Positions 27,391-38,275 of a stretch of 64,000 nt of DNA are shown here, one piece after another. Origin of the DNA: Chloroflexota bacterium (lineage in GTDB: Bacteria; Chloroflexota; UBA11872; VXNJ01); NCBI GenBank assembly GCA_965261345.1, contig OZ253449.1, forward strand, positions 928,001 to 992,000, read 5' to 3'. Both the position numbers and the translations under genes were made by a program. The notes under the pieces were generated by a model, which worked only from the letters and a program-made list of their open reading frames with translations, was not told where the DNA came from and did no database searches. How positions within the stretch are numbered: the first letter of the stretch is position 1; each line of letters begins with the position of its first letter.

Positions 27391-28719
27391 TCAGATGCCG
27401 CCCAAGTATCGGCCCGGCGAGAGAACTTTCAGCGGATCCATCGCCTCTTTTAGCCTCAGCATCGCCGCCCAGGCCACCGGGTCGGCCGGGCCCCAGGGAT
27501 CCAATTGCTCGGCCAGGGAACCCGGCAGATGATCGAATCGGCAGTTTCCGCGGTGGGCGCCGACCTGCTCTCGCAGCCAGCTCAGCTCGTTCCCAGCAGC
27601 TTCCGATTCGGCTTCGGCGTTACCTATTGCCAACCAGGCCAACCCGTGCTCGGTGCGCCCCCAGGCGCCAAAATCCAGCCCCCGGTCACGCAGCCGCTTT
27701 GCAGCCGCCAGCAGAACCTCAAACCGCTGGCGGGCCGGCAAGGCGATCGCGGCCACAGCCGCTCCGGCGCGCTGACTTCCCGGCTGCAGCCGGGAAGTCC
27801 TGCGCCAAAACGCCATCGATTGTTCCGATTCCCACGAAGTCAATTCGATCGCCCGGCAATCCTGAAAGATCTTTAAGGCGTCACGTAGTCCGCGAGCGTT
27901 GGTTTCGCGCCTGCCACCAAAGCGCAGAGCGATCACCGCGCCGGAGTCGGTCCTGTCGGGAAAAATATCAGCGGTGGCCGAGCCCAAAAACAGGTCGGCC
28001 GCCATGGGCCAAAACTCGGCCTGGCTGAGGGCGGTAAGGGCCGGCCAGGGATCGGCCACGGCGGCGGCCAGAGTGGATTCGGCCTCGGGTAGCGGCCAGA
28101 CCTTCAAGTTCACGTCGGTAATTACCCCCAGGGTGCCGAACGCCCCAGTGTGCAAACGGGTCAGATCATATCCGGATACGTTCTTGACCACCCGCCCGCC
28201 GGCGGAACTTAATTGACCGTCGGGCCCGGCCACCCTAATCCCCAGCAGCTGGTCGCGCAATGCCCCGTAACGCCGCCGCAACGGGCCCTCGGAGGCGGTG
28301 GCGAGTAGGCCGCCCAGCGTGGCATCTTGCGGCCACGGAGGGTCGAGCGCCAGGAATTGGCCGCGACCGGCCAATTCGCTCTGCAGCTGCGCAAGCCGTA
28401 TCCCGGCTTGCGCCGAAACGGTCAGGTCCTCCGATTGGTAGTCGTTAATGCCGTTCAGCGCCGCTGTGGAAAACAGAACGTCTACCCTGCCGGGATTTCT
28501 TCCCCGGTCGAGCTTGGTGCCTGAGCCCACCGCGACCGCCGCCGCGCCAAGATCAGCACAGAGTTTGAGTGCGGCCGCCAGGAGCTCGGGGGTACCCGGA
28601 ATTGCCAGCAGGGCCCGCTCAGCCCCCAGTTTGGCCATCTGCTCCGGGTCGGCCGGCCCCAGCGAATCCGGACCGAGCAAGTCGGCCAACCGGCCGTACA
28701 GGCTGCTGCTTCCGCTCAA
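27391..28719 (-). CDS. glcE: Glycolate oxidase FAD subunit
   Basis: ATLGG, GGRVVKNVSGYDL, GAFGTLGVI, DP..VLSPG. Confidence 0.9.
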   Translation of the reverse strand: MSGSSSLYGRLADLLGPDSLGPADPEQMAKLGAERALLAIPGTPELLAAALKLCADLGAAAVAVGSGTKLDRGRNPGRVDVLFSTAALNGINDYQSEDLTVSAQAGIRLAQLQSELAGRGQFLALDPPWPQDATLGGLLATASEGPLRRRYGALRDQLLGIRVAGPDGQLSSAGGRVVKNVSGYDLTRLHTGAFGTLGVITDVNLKVWPLPEAESTLAAAVADPWPALTALSQAEFWPMAADLFLGSATADIFPDRTDSGAVIALRFGGRRETNARGLRDALKIFQDCRAIELTSWESEQSMAFWRRTSRLQPGSQRAGAAVAAIALPARQRFEVLLAAAKRLRDRGLDFGAWGRTEHGLAWLAIGNAEAESEAAGNELSWLREQVGAHRGNCRFDHLPGSLAEQLDPWGPADPVAWAAMLRLKEAMDPLKVLSPGRYLGGI

Positions 28720-28851
28720 GGTATTTCTAGCGCGTTCGTATTGGGGAAAATTAACTTGAAGGAATTACCCATGACATTTTGCGGTTACTCATCTACTAAG
28801 GAAGCGACTGCTGCGGCCCGTTTGCAACCACCCGGGTTCCATTAGGCAGGA

Positions 28852-29508
28852 TTGCGCGTGATGGGTCAATCTCCGGGGCAATTGGACCTGTTCCCGCTAA
28901 ACACCGTGCTGCTGCCAGGATGCGTGCTTCCGCTCCACATATTTGAGCCGCGCTACATGCAGATGACCGCCGATTGCCTTGCCCGGCAGGGCCAATTCGG
29001 AGTTGTGTTCATTACCGCCGGATCTGAAGCTGGCGACCCCGACGCCGAATTTTGCGATGTGGGGACGGCCTGCCGGATCGTCCATTGCCAGGAAAAAGCC
29101 GATCAAACTCGCGATATACGGGTGCTTGGCCTGCGGAGATTCAAGGTGGTTCAATTGCTTGAAAAGCACCCGGTGGCCTCGGCCGAAGTTGAATCGATGC
29201 CCTGGGGCGAACCCTCGACCGCCGGCATCGCCAGCGCCCATCGGTTATCGAACAATTTCGGCCACTACTGGGACCTCTTGATGCGGATGGGGGCGTTCTA
29301 TCGGCGCCAGCCCAAACTGGGCGACGACCCGCTGCGGTGCGCGTTGACTGTGGCCGCCAATTTGATGGTGGCCCCGCAACAGCGCCAGCTCTTCCTGGAT
29401 GCGCCCGGAGTCGACGACCTGCTCGCGCTATGCCTCGAACTGCTCGAGGCGGCCACCGGAGAACTCCAACGCCAACTCAATGCCCGCCGGGGACCGGATC
29501 GGAACTGA
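28852..29508 (+). CDS. LON substrate-binding domain protein
   Basis: LFPLNTVLLPG..LPLHIFEPRY. Confidence 0.9.
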   Translation: MRVMGQSPGQLDLFPLNTVLLPGCVLPLHIFEPRYMQMTADCLARQGQFGVVFITAGSEAGDPDAEFCDVGTACRIVHCQEKADQTRDIRVLGLRRFKVVQLLEKHPVASAEVESMPWGEPSTAGIASAHRLSNNFGHYWDLLMRMGAFYRRQPKLGDDPLRCALTVAANLMVAPQQRQLFLDAPGVDDLLALCLELLEAATGELQRQLNARRGPDRN

Positions 29509-29549
29509 CGCATGCAACTACCAACGTTCCGGTATTCGGCCGGCACCTG

Positions 29550-31049
29550 ATGCGGCAAACCGAGGATCCCTCCGCCCGATCGGTCGCCGATCCGGCGCCC
29601 CGCTACGACGTGCCGCAACTGGCCAACGAACTGCGTGCGGCGCTGGACCCGGCCAACATCCTCGACCAGCCGTATCAGACGATGCTGTACGAAACGGACG
29701 GCTCGACCGACCGCCACCGCTGCGACCTGGTGGCCCTGCCGGAAAACACGGCGCAGGTAGCCGCGCTCATCAAGATCTGCCGACGCCACCACGCCCCGAT
29801 AGTTGCCCGCGGCGCCGGCACCTCGCTTTCCGGGACCGCGGTCCCGGCTGAGGCCGGGGTCGTGGTCTCAACCGCAAGAATGAACCAGATCTTGGAGATC
29901 GACCCGATCTCGCGCACGGCGGTGGTCCAGCCCGGAGTTGTCCAGCTGGATATCTCGCTGGCCGCCAGCCGGTTTGGTCTCTACTACGCCCCTGATCCCT
30001 CTTCGCAGAAATCCTGCACCATCGGCGGAAACGTTGGTACCAACGCCGGTGGCCCGCACACCCTGGCCTACGGCGTGACCTCCAACCACATACACGGGCT
30101 CGAATGGGTCGACCCCGACGGCCGCATCGCCCGCATGGATGCGGTGCGCGAAGGCCCGGGCTACGACTTGACCGGGCTGCTGATAGGGTCCGAAGGCACC
30201 CTGGCGATCGTGACCGAAATCACCGTTGGCCTGCTTCGCCAGCCCGAGGACGCGCGTACCCTGCTGGCCAGTTTTGAGTCGGTTACCAGCGCCTGCCAGG
30301 CGGTATCGGACATCATCGCCGCGGGAATCATACCGGCCGCCTGCGAGCTGATGGACCGGCCCTGCGCACAGGCGGTCGCCGGCTGGGTGCCATCGGCGCG
30401 TATCCCGCAAGATGCCGGAGCGGTGATGGTGGTCGAGGTCGAAGGCGTCACCGAGGGCCTCGACCACGACGCGATCGCGATCGAGGCGATCTGTCGCAAA
30501 AACGCCGGCCTGATTGAGATCCGCCGGGCCGGCGACGAGGCCGAGCGCGAGGATCTCTGGAAGGCGCGCAAGGGGGCGTTTGGGGCGATCGGGGTTTTGG
30601 CCCCGGATTTCTACGTTCAGGACGGAGTGGTTCCTCGCAGCAAGTTGCCGCAGGCAATAGAGGCGGTTGCCGAAATCGGCGAGCGCTTCGACCTCAAAAT
30701 CATGAACGTTTTTCACGCTGGCGACGGCAACATCCACCCCACCATCCTGTTCGATCGACTAGGTGAGGCCGGTTCGCTCGAACGCGTAAAACAGGCTGGG
30801 GCGGCCATCCTGCAGGTTTGCATGGATTACGGTGGGACCCTTACCGGTGAACACGGGCTGGGGATGGAAAAGAACATGCTGCTCGCCCAGCTCCTGGACC
30901 CTCCCTCACTGGAGGCCATGGTCAGGGTTCGCGACGCATTCGCACCGCACCGCCTGTTTAATCCGTCGAAGCTGCTACCGCTGGAGCTATCGCGATCCGA
31001 CCTGGCGTCCTACCCGGAACCAAAGCGGGCGGTCCGGGCGGCCTCGTAA
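29550..31049 (+). CDS. glcD: Glycolate oxidase subunit (FAD-linked oxidase)
   Basis: RGAGTSLSG, YAPDPSS, CTIGGNV, GSEGTL, HAGDGNIHP, GEHGLG; start moved to ATG 29550. Confidence 0.92.
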   Translation: MRQTEDPSARSVADPAPRYDVPQLANELRAALDPANILDQPYQTMLYETDGSTDRHRCDLVALPENTAQVAALIKICRRHHAPIVARGAGTSLSGTAVPAEAGVVVSTARMNQILEIDPISRTAVVQPGVVQLDISLAASRFGLYYAPDPSSQKSCTIGGNVGTNAGGPHTLAYGVTSNHIHGLEWVDPDGRIARMDAVREGPGYDLTGLLIGSEGTLAIVTEITVGLLRQPEDARTLLASFESVTSACQAVSDIIAAGIIPAACELMDRPCAQAVAGWVPSARIPQDAGAVMVVEVEGVTEGLDHDAIAIEAICRKNAGLIEIRRAGDEAEREDLWKARKGAFGAIGVLAPDFYVQDGVVPRSKLPQAIEAVAEIGERFDLKIMNVFHAGDGNIHPTILFDRLGEAGSLERVKQAGAAILQVCMDYGGTLTGEHGLGMEKNMLLAQLLDPPSLEAMVRVRDAFAPHRLFNPSKLLPLELSRSDLASYPEPKRAVRAAS

Positions 31050-31630
31050 TCGGTCCGGTAATTAAAGTGCGGGGGTATCCACTCTCGACGGGCCGGAACC
31101 GCAACCAAATGGTTGGCGTGGTCGCGCAGCACCGCACGCATGCCGGCGTCTTCTTCGCCGACCATGGCCAATTCGCCAAACAGATCGGCGCGAAAGAGTA
31201 CCGGATGAATCCGCCGGCCGGCGACTTCCGGACAGATGATGCGGGCGCAGGGCTGTTCCCGGGCGGTCTTTAGCAACAGGGCGATCAGGCCTGACTCGAC
31301 CGGCTGGTCGACGTTGCAAAAGATTGCCAGGCTGCTTCCGGCAACGGCCCGCGCGGCCAGGTTCACCGATGACGCGCGGCCCGCATCGGGATTGCGATTG
31401 TGAGCGATCTCGACGTTGGCCAAACCCTCAACCGCAGCACCCACCAAATCCGATTGATGCCCGGTCACCACCGCCACCCGAACGGCCCCGCCTTCAAGCA
31501 AGGCCGCAGCCTGCCAGGCCACCAGCGGTCGGCCGCCCCAATCCAGCAGCGCCTTGGGGGCTCCCATCCTGGCTCCCGCCCCGGCGGCCAGAACCACCCC
31601 GGCCGGACCGGACCGGTCCACCCGGGTCAA
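31010..31630 (-). CDS. MocA/MobA-like nucleotidyltransferase
   Basis: VVLAAGAGARMG.PKALL, VDQP, HPVLF. Confidence 0.88.
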   Translation of the reverse strand: MTRVDRSGPAGVVLAAGAGARMGAPKALLDWGGRPLVAWQAAALLEGGAVRVAVVTGHQSDLVGAAVEGLANVEIAHNRNPDAGRASSVNLAARAVAGSSLAIFCNVDQPVESGLIALLLKTAREQPCARIICPEVAGRRIHPVLFRADLFGELAMVGEEDAGMRAVLRDHANHLVAVPARREWIPPHFNYRTDYEAARTARFGSG

Positions 31631-32688
31631 TCGCCGATCAGGGCAAGCTGGCCGGTTTCGGTCGATTCGTATATGGCGTCGACGATCTGCGTGACCGCGC
31701 GGGCCTGCGCGGGCAACACCAGCACCTCGGAATCGGCAATAACGGCTTCAACAAATGTTTCGATCCCGCGTGCATGCTGCTGGCGGTAGTCAAGCTGCCC
31801 AATCGGGTTCGGCTCGACGTCAAGGAGGATCGAGCCGTCGTCGTAGAACAGCTTTGGAGGAAAAACCTGGGCCCCGCCGCGGTCGCCGGCCAGCATCAGC
31901 TGCTGGGATTCCTGCACCGGGAAATTTATCGCCCAGGCGCACTCGAAGTTGACGATCGCGCCGTTGTCGAATTTGATGCTGGCGAAGGCGGAGTCGTCGA
32001 CATCGAATTCGCGATGGTTGTGCGGACCGAGAGAATTGAAAATGTCGCCACGCTTGCCAAAACGGTCAAAGGCCGATCCGAAAGCGGCCACCGGTTTGGG
32101 TGACCCCATCAGCCAGAGCGTCAGGTCGAGGATGTGCACCCCGATATCAATGAGGGCTCCGCCGCCGTTGACCGCGCGGTTGTGAAACATCCCCCACGAC
32201 GGAATTCCGCGACGGCGCAGGTAGTGGGCTCGGGCAAAATAAATTTCCCCTAGATCACCCGATTCGATCTTGGATTTGAGCAGCTTCGCCTGGGGCGACT
32301 GGCGGGTTTGGAACTGAACCGATAGCTTCTTGCCGGCAGCCTGGGCAGCGTCGATCATTTCGGTAGCCTCGTGCGCGTTCATGGCCATCGGTTTTTCGCA
32401 GAGCACGTGCTTGCCCGCCTGCAATGCATCTATCGCACAGTCGCGATGCTTAAACGGCGGCACGCAGACTGAAACCAGGTCAACCTCGGGGAGCTCCAGC
32501 AGCCTGCGATGGTCGTCAAAGGCCCGTGGAATCGAAAATGTGGCGGCCGCGGCCTCGGCGCGCGACCCGACCACATCGGCCACCGCCAGGACTTCCACTT
32601 TCTCGCCCAAGGCCTGATATCCGGGAATGTGGCACATTTCGGCGATCCTGCCGGCGCCAATGATGCCGACCCCGATTTTCTCCGGCAA
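31627..32688 (-). CDS. Gfo/Idh/MocA family oxidoreductase
   Basis: GIIGAG, GKHVLCEKP, GGALIDIGVH. Confidence 0.93.
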   Translation of the reverse strand: MPEKIGVGIIGAGRIAEMCHIPGYQALGEKVEVLAVADVVGSRAEAAAATFSIPRAFDDHRRLLELPEVDLVSVCVPPFKHRDCAIDALQAGKHVLCEKPMAMNAHEATEMIDAAQAAGKKLSVQFQTRQSPQAKLLKSKIESGDLGEIYFARAHYLRRRGIPSWGMFHNRAVNGGGALIDIGVHILDLTLWLMGSPKPVAAFGSAFDRFGKRGDIFNSLGPHNHREFDVDDSAFASIKFDNGAIVNFECAWAINFPVQESQQLMLAGDRGGAQVFPPKLFYDDGSILLDVEPNPIGQLDYRQQHARGIETFVEAVIADSEVLVLPAQARAVTQIVDAIYESTETGQLALIGD

Positions 32689-32789
32689 TTTCCGATCCTT
32701 TAAATTAATGCTTTTTCACAATATATTCAGCCCGGAATGTCCGGCCCGCCGGCAATCATTTTCAATCAACCCATCGCCGGCAGCATCGC

Positions 32790-33490
32790 CGACGATTGAC
32801 GCCCTGATCGTCGGGGTCGGTCCGGCCGGCAGCCTGGCGTCCTGTTAATTGGCCACCCCGGGGGCACTTGTTGGCGCTACTGGACCGTGCCAAATTCCCT
32901 CCTGCGGGGGAGGGATCTCGATTGGCGTAGCTGGGTAATTGCCCTTCCCGCTTCGGCCGGTAATCGATCGAGCCATCTCCGGCACCTAGCTGTTCGGGGT
33001 CGGCGCTGCGAGCGCAACCTATCGGCCAGACACCCCTTTCGCCCACATGGCCGGGCGCTGAATGTTCAACCGTTTCCTGTTGGAAAACGTCGTCGGAGCC
33101 CGTTTTATAAAACGATGATCTCCGCCGGCGATCGAGGTTGGCGGCGAGGATGTTACCAAGCCGGCCGGAACGCGAAAATTTTGGAGAGGACGTTGGCCTG
33201 CGACGATGGCGCAAATGGTCCGGCTGCGCAACCGTCCAGCATACGCTGGCTGCGCCACAAATGGTCGGATTTGAGGCCAACTGTTTCCGCCGGCGGCGGT
33301 TGCCACCCGATTGCGAGCGGACCTGCCGATTCGACCCGGACTTTCCGCGCGGTGGCCACGAATGGGCTTTTGCAAATCGCGGTCACGCCAACTTCGCCGT
33401 GGTGTCCTGGAAGCGCGATGCCCACCGGCTCAAGGCTCAGCCGGCACCGTTTTTTGCTCAACCCGAGCTCGGCTCGGCCACCACTTAAGG
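32790..33490 (+). pseudogene. Degraded geranylgeranyl-reductase-like FAD oxidoreductase
   Basis: Fragments DALIVGVGPAGS, LDRAKFP..CGGG, DGANG and GHEWAF appear in different frames with stops; boundaries approximate. Confidence 0.6.
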
Positions 33491-33663
33491 CCATAGCGCA
33501 CTCAAAATCCCACGCCGATCCTTGGGCCGGTCAGGAACGCGAAGGGTGAACCCGCCGCCTACGATCTGCACCTTAGGCTTTTAGCAACCTTAAAACTTAA
33601 ATCCCGCCGCCAACAATTTGCAGCACCGACCGGTGCAGCTGGCGGGAATCGAAAGCCCCAGCG

Positions 33664-34542
33664 ATGGCCGATAAATCCCCTGCCCTAGTGTTGATTCACG
33701 TTGACGACCTGGGGATGTCGAAGGCAGCCAATCTGGGCGGTATCGAGGCCATGGAGGGGGCCGCAGGCTCGGGTTCAATCATGGTCCCCTGTCCGGCGGC
33801 CGACGAAATGATCGCAATCGCCCGCGAGCGTAACGATCTGGACCTGGGTTGCCACATCACCCTGAACGCCGAGTTTCCCGACTGGCGCTGGAAGCCGCTG
33901 CTTGGCGATGTGGAATCACTCTGTGACCGGGAGGGATTCATGTATCAGACTGCGCGCGAGACGATCGCCTTGGCCGATCCGGCAGAGGTCAAGCGCGAGA
34001 TGCAGGCCCAGGTCCGCTATCTGCTGGACGCCGGCTTGGCAATTACCCATATCGATGCCCACATGGGGACCGCAAACGACCGAAATTTCTTTGCCGACTA
34101 CGCCGAGTTGGGGATCGAATTTGAATTGCCGGTGCTGCTGCGCCGCCAAACCGCCGAACTTGGCGACTTCTTCAATCTCGAACACGGCTTGCGGTTTAAC
34201 CGCGAGCAATACGAGGCGATCTTAGAGGGCATGATCCGACGCGGCCATCCAGTTTTTGACCGCGCGATTCCCGGTACGCCGTGGTACAACCCGTACGTGG
34301 CGGCCGAACACAACCGGTCGCGGTTGGAGATGTGCGGGCCGGGACTCAACTACATGGCCATCCACTCGGCCTACCCGACCGAACAGCTCAAGGACTTTGC
34401 GCCCGACTGGATGATGCGCGACGCCGAACGCTACCTCTACGCCGCCGGCGGGCCAATCGAAGCCGCAATTGTCGAATTGGGGCTGGAGAGCATCGACTAC
34501 TCAGGCTACCTGGCGGCGGTCAAATCGGCTGCCGGCGCTTGA
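33664..34542 (+). CDS. ChbG/YdjC family deacetylase
   Basis: HVDDLGM, SIMVPCP, DLGCHITLN, THIDAHM. Confidence 0.9.
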   Translation: MADKSPALVLIHVDDLGMSKAANLGGIEAMEGAAGSGSIMVPCPAADEMIAIARERNDLDLGCHITLNAEFPDWRWKPLLGDVESLCDREGFMYQTARETIALADPAEVKREMQAQVRYLLDAGLAITHIDAHMGTANDRNFFADYAELGIEFELPVLLRRQTAELGDFFNLEHGLRFNREQYEAILEGMIRRGHPVFDRAIPGTPWYNPYVAAEHNRSRLEMCGPGLNYMAIHSAYPTEQLKDFAPDWMMRDAERYLYAAGGPIEAAIVELGLESIDYSGYLAAVKSAAGA

Positions 34543-34615
34543 AGGACCCTACGACATCGTCAACCGGTGCGAAACCGACCCCGAACACCAAACAATCACA
34601 GCAAAGGTAGAACCA

Positions 34616-35473
34616 GTGGAAAACTACACCGTAATTCATGTCGATGATCTGGGGATGTCGCACGCGGCCAACCGGGGAGGAATCGAGGCAATGGAGGGCG
34701 CCGCCACCTGCGGCTCGATCATGGTCCCCTGTCCCGGATTCGACGAGATCGTCCAGATCGGCCGGGATCGGACCGAACTGGATCTGGGGTGTCACATCAC
34801 CCTGAACGCCGAATTTTTCGGCTTCCGCTGGAAACCGCTCCTAGATGATGTCCCCAGCTTGTGCGATGGCGATGGATTCCTTTGGCGCAAGGCCCGCGAA
34901 ACGATCGCCTTCGCCGATCCGGGCGAGGTCAAGCGCGAGATGCGGGCCCAGCTCGTACGCTTGCTCGATAGCGGCGTGGATGTGACCCACCTCGACGCCC
35001 ACATGGCTACCGCGATGGACAAGGCCTTCTACCGCGACTACGTGGAATTGGGACTTGAATTCGACCTTCCGACGTTGTCCCTGTCCAGTGATTCTGCCGG
35101 TGACATGCTCTCCCAGCACGGACTGCGCGCCGACGCCGACCTGTGCGCCGAATTGGCGAACGCCCTCGGCAGCCGGGGACTTCCAATCTTCGACTTTATC
35201 GAGATCGAGACCCCCTGGTACAACCCCTTTGTGGCCGAGCATCACCATCGCCTGCGGATCGGGCGACTAGCCGGGGGGCGCAACTACTTCATCCTCCATT
35301 CGGCAATGGGTGGCCCAGAGCTCAAGGCGTTCGCCCCCGATTGGATGCAGCGAGATTCCGAACGCTTCCTGTTCGCCCCGGGCGGGGCGCTGGCCGGCGA
35401 ATTTAGCGCCCGCGGCATTACCACCGTCGGGATGCGGCAACTGCGCGATGAGGCCCGCGCCGGGCGCGATTGA
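34616..35473 (+). CDS. ChbG/YdjC family deacetylase (tandem paralog)
   Basis: Same motifs as the upstream gene; probable GTG start at 34616. Confidence 0.9.
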   Translation: MENYTVIHVDDLGMSHAANRGGIEAMEGAATCGSIMVPCPGFDEIVQIGRDRTELDLGCHITLNAEFFGFRWKPLLDDVPSLCDGDGFLWRKARETIAFADPGEVKREMRAQLVRLLDSGVDVTHLDAHMATAMDKAFYRDYVELGLEFDLPTLSLSSDSAGDMLSQHGLRADADLCAELANALGSRGLPIFDFIEIETPWYNPFVAEHHHRLRIGRLAGGRNYFILHSAMGGPELKAFAPDWMQRDSERFLFAPGGALAGEFSARGITTVGMRQLRDEARAGRD

Positions 35474-35480
35474 CTTTGGC

Positions 35481-35807
35481 TTAGTCGCCGTCGACCGGGC
35501 TGCGGAGGTACTGCGTCGAAAATAATTGGCGGCATTCGGAATCAGGTTCCAAACTTACGCCCAGTTCCCGGGCAAGGCGCCCCGCGATGTCGGCCGCGGC
35601 AAATTGCCCCCACGCCGATTCGAATGAAGCCAGGCAATGGAAATCTATTTCGACGGTGAATTGGGAATCATCACCCAGGCAGCTGTAGGTCCGCGCCGGC
35701 GGCCAGCCCAGGCTGGCAAACTGCTCATTTAGCCAGCAATTGATGCGTTTGCCCGGACGTCCCGGGACGTCCGGCGACAACTTGATCGACCACTGGAAGA
35801 TGATCAA
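35481..35807 (-). CDS. Hypothetical protein
   Basis: 108-aa ORF filling the intergenic gap, with protein-like composition. Confidence 0.45.
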   Translation of the reverse strand: MIIFQWSIKLSPDVPGRPGKRINCWLNEQFASLGWPPARTYSCLGDDSQFTVEIDFHCLASFESAWGQFAAADIAGRLARELGVSLEPDSECRQLFSTQYLRSPVDGD

Positions 35808-35965
35808 GCTGACGGTCTTGGAATTTGCACGGCGGCCATTTGAAAATTATCTGGCCTCGGCACAGCGATTGGACGGCTGCGACTATATTGGATCTGCTCA
35901 TTGGCCGGGCCGGATGCGGACTCGGCAACCCACGCGGGGAGAAGTGAACCGTTAACGATAGCCGG

Positions 35966-37333
35966 TTGATCGTAATCTCCAATCGGTTGCCGGTTAGGCG
36001 CGACGCCGCCGGGCAATGGATATCCAGTTCCGGCGGGTTGGTCAGCGCGATAGCTCCGGTCCTGCGGCAGCGTGACGGCGGCTGGGTGGGCTGGTCGGGA
36101 ATCCCCGACGACGGACCCTTCGACTTTGAGCACGAGGAACTTGCCCTGCGGGCCGTCCGACTTAGCCAGGACGAGGTCAATGACTATTACTACGGGTTCT
36201 GCAACGGTACGATTTGGCCGCTTTTCCACGACGCCCTGCGCACGCCTGAGTACCACCGCCACTGGTGGCGCCCCTATCACGACGTCAATCAACGGTTTGC
36301 CGAAGCCGCCTCGGGCCTCCTGCGCAGCGGTGATGTCGCCTGGGTGCACGATTACCAACTAAACCTCGTGCCCGGACAGTTGCGGACCTTACGCCCCGAC
36401 GTTGCGATTGGTTTTTATCTTCATATCCCGTTTCCGCCGGTCGATCTGTTTGGCCAATTACCTTGGCGCCGGCAGATGCTGGAGGGAATGCTGGGAGCCG
36501 ATGTGCTGGGATTCCAGACCCGCCGGGCCCGCAATAATTTCGCCGCCGCGGCACGCCTGTACACGTCGGCCGAAGGGTCCAATGTCAGCCTGCGTTGGCA
36601 GGACCGGACGATTTTGCTGGTTGAGGCCCCGATCGCGATCGACTACAAATCTTTCGCCGAGCTGGCCCAGGTCCCCGACGTGGTCAACCGGTCCAAGCGC
36701 CTGCGCGAGATATTTAGCCACAATGCGGCAATCATCCTCGGAGTCGACCGACTCGACTACACCAAGGGAATTGACATCCGGCTGCGGGCGTTCGCCACCC
36801 TGCTGGAGCGATATCCACAGATCGCCGAACGCTGCGTGCTAGTTCAGGTGGCAGTGCCCACCCGCGAACAGGTCGGCGACTACGAGCGCATCCGCGGGCG
36901 GATCGAACGCCTCGTCGGTCAGATAAACGGTCGCTTCGCCCGATTGGGGCGAGTCCCGGTCCACTACCTCTACCGTTCGTTACCGATTGACGAGTTAATT
37001 TCCTATTACCTGGCGGCCGACGTGATGATGGTCACTCCGTTGCGCGACGGAATGAACATGGTCGCGCTTGAATACTGCGCCACCCGCAAGAGCAACACCG
37101 GCGTCCTGGTGCTGTCAGAATTTGCCGGCGCGGCCAATTACCTCCCCGATGCCCTGCTGGTTAACCCGCACGATATCGACGGCCTGGCAGACGCGATGTA
37201 CCGTGCCGTCAGTCTGGGCGAGGATGAACAGATCCGCCGCATGCGGCGGATGCGGCGCCGGGTTCGCACCAAGGACGTATTCGCCTGGGCGCGGCTGAAC
37301 CTGGAAATAATCACCGAACATACCGCCGGCTGA
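35966..37333 (+). CDS. otsA: Trehalose-6-phosphate synthase
   Basis: [42 protein letters not shown]. Confidence 0.95.
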   Translation: MIVISNRLPVRRDAAGQWISSSGGLVSAIAPVLRQRDGGWVGWSGIPDDGPFDFEHEELALRAVRLSQDEVNDYYYGFCNGTIWPLFHDALRTPEYHRHWWRPYHDVNQRFAEAASGLLRSGDVAWVHDYQLNLVPGQLRTLRPDVAIGFYLHIPFPPVDLFGQLPWRRQMLEGMLGADVLGFQTRRARNNFAAAARLYTSAEGSNVSLRWQDRTILLVEAPIAIDYKSFAELAQVPDVVNRSKRLREIFSHNAAIILGVDRLDYTKGIDIRLRAFATLLERYPQIAERCVLVQVAVPTREQVGDYERIRGRIERLVGQINGRFARLGRVPVHYLYRSLPIDELISYYLAADVMMVTPLRDGMNMVALEYCATRKSNTGVLVLSEFAGAANYLPDALLVNPHDIDGLADAMYRAVSLGEDEQIRRMRRMRRRVRTKDVFAWARLNLEIITEHTAG

Positions 37334-37436
37334 TCGCCGTTCGGCCACCTTATCTAAAATTGGCGCCGACGCCATAGACGGCACCGGCATTGATCGCAGC
37401 CGGGTTCGCCGACCTTATCCTGACCGATCTCCCCCA

Positions 37437-37790
37437 ATGCCGACCTACCAGTATTCCTGCGACAGCTGCGGAAACCAGATCGAAGTGCGACAGCGCTTTA
37501 GCGACGACCCGCTGCAAGATTGTCCGGACTGTGAACAATCCAGTTTGCGGCGGGTCATTTTTGCTACCGGAGTGATATTTAAGGGCTCCGGCTGGTACAA
37601 GACCGACAACCGCCGCGACCCTGACAAGACCGAAGCCAAGGCCGAACAGGCCAAGGAAAAAGCGGCCGCCAAGAGCGAATCAGACGGGTCGGAGAAGAAC
37701 GCTGCCGGCAAGGCCGTCACCGGCAAGGCCGAATCCTCCGAAAAGAAAAAACCCGCCAAGGCGCCGGCTGGAGCGGCGGCCGGTGGCTGA
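37437..37790 (+). CDS. FmdB family zinc-ribbon protein
   Basis: MPTYQYSCDSCG...CPDC...FKGSGWYKTD. Confidence 0.92.
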   Translation: MPTYQYSCDSCGNQIEVRQRFSDDPLQDCPDCEQSSLRRVIFATGVIFKGSGWYKTDNRRDPDKTEAKAEQAKEKAAAKSESDGSEKNAAGKAVTGKAESSEKKKPAKAPAGAAAGG

Positions 37791-37804
37791 AAGTCCCCCC
37801 GGCC

Positions 37805-38275
37805 ATGAAGGCGGTACTACAGCGGGTAACTAAGGCCGAGGTCCGCGTCGACGACCAGGTCGTTGGCGCAATCGGGGCCGGTCTGTTAGTGCTCGTCGGG
37901 GTGGCCCGCGGCGACGCCGACGGCGACGCCGAATGGCTGGCCGAAAAGATCGCGCGGCTGCGAATATTTGAGGTTGACGGAAAATTTTCAACCAGCCTGG
38001 TCGACCGCGCCGGCTCGGTCCTGCTGGTTTCGCAATTTACCTTGTTGGCTTCAACCCACAAGGGACGACGCCCGGGGTTCGCCGCCGCCGCCGACCCACC
38101 GGTTGCACGCCAATTGATTTGCCGGCTGGGCGAGCGATTGAACCGGTACGGTTTAGTTGTTGAATCTGGGCGATTCGGTGCCAAGATGGAAGTTGATCTG
38201 ATAAACGATGGACCGGTCACGATCCTGCTAGATAGCGCCGACCGGGCGGTCGCTCGCCGCGAGGCAGCAAGGTGA
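37805..38275 (+). CDS. dtd: D-aminoacyl-tRNA deacylase
   Basis: MKAVLQRV, SQFTL, NDGPVT. Confidence 0.96.
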   Translation: MKAVLQRVTKAEVRVDDQVVGAIGAGLLVLVGVARGDADGDAEWLAEKIARLRIFEVDGKFSTSLVDRAGSVLLVSQFTLLASTHKGRRPGFAAAADPPVARQLICRLGERLNRYGLVVESGRFGAKMEVDLINDGPVTILLDSADRAVARREAAR

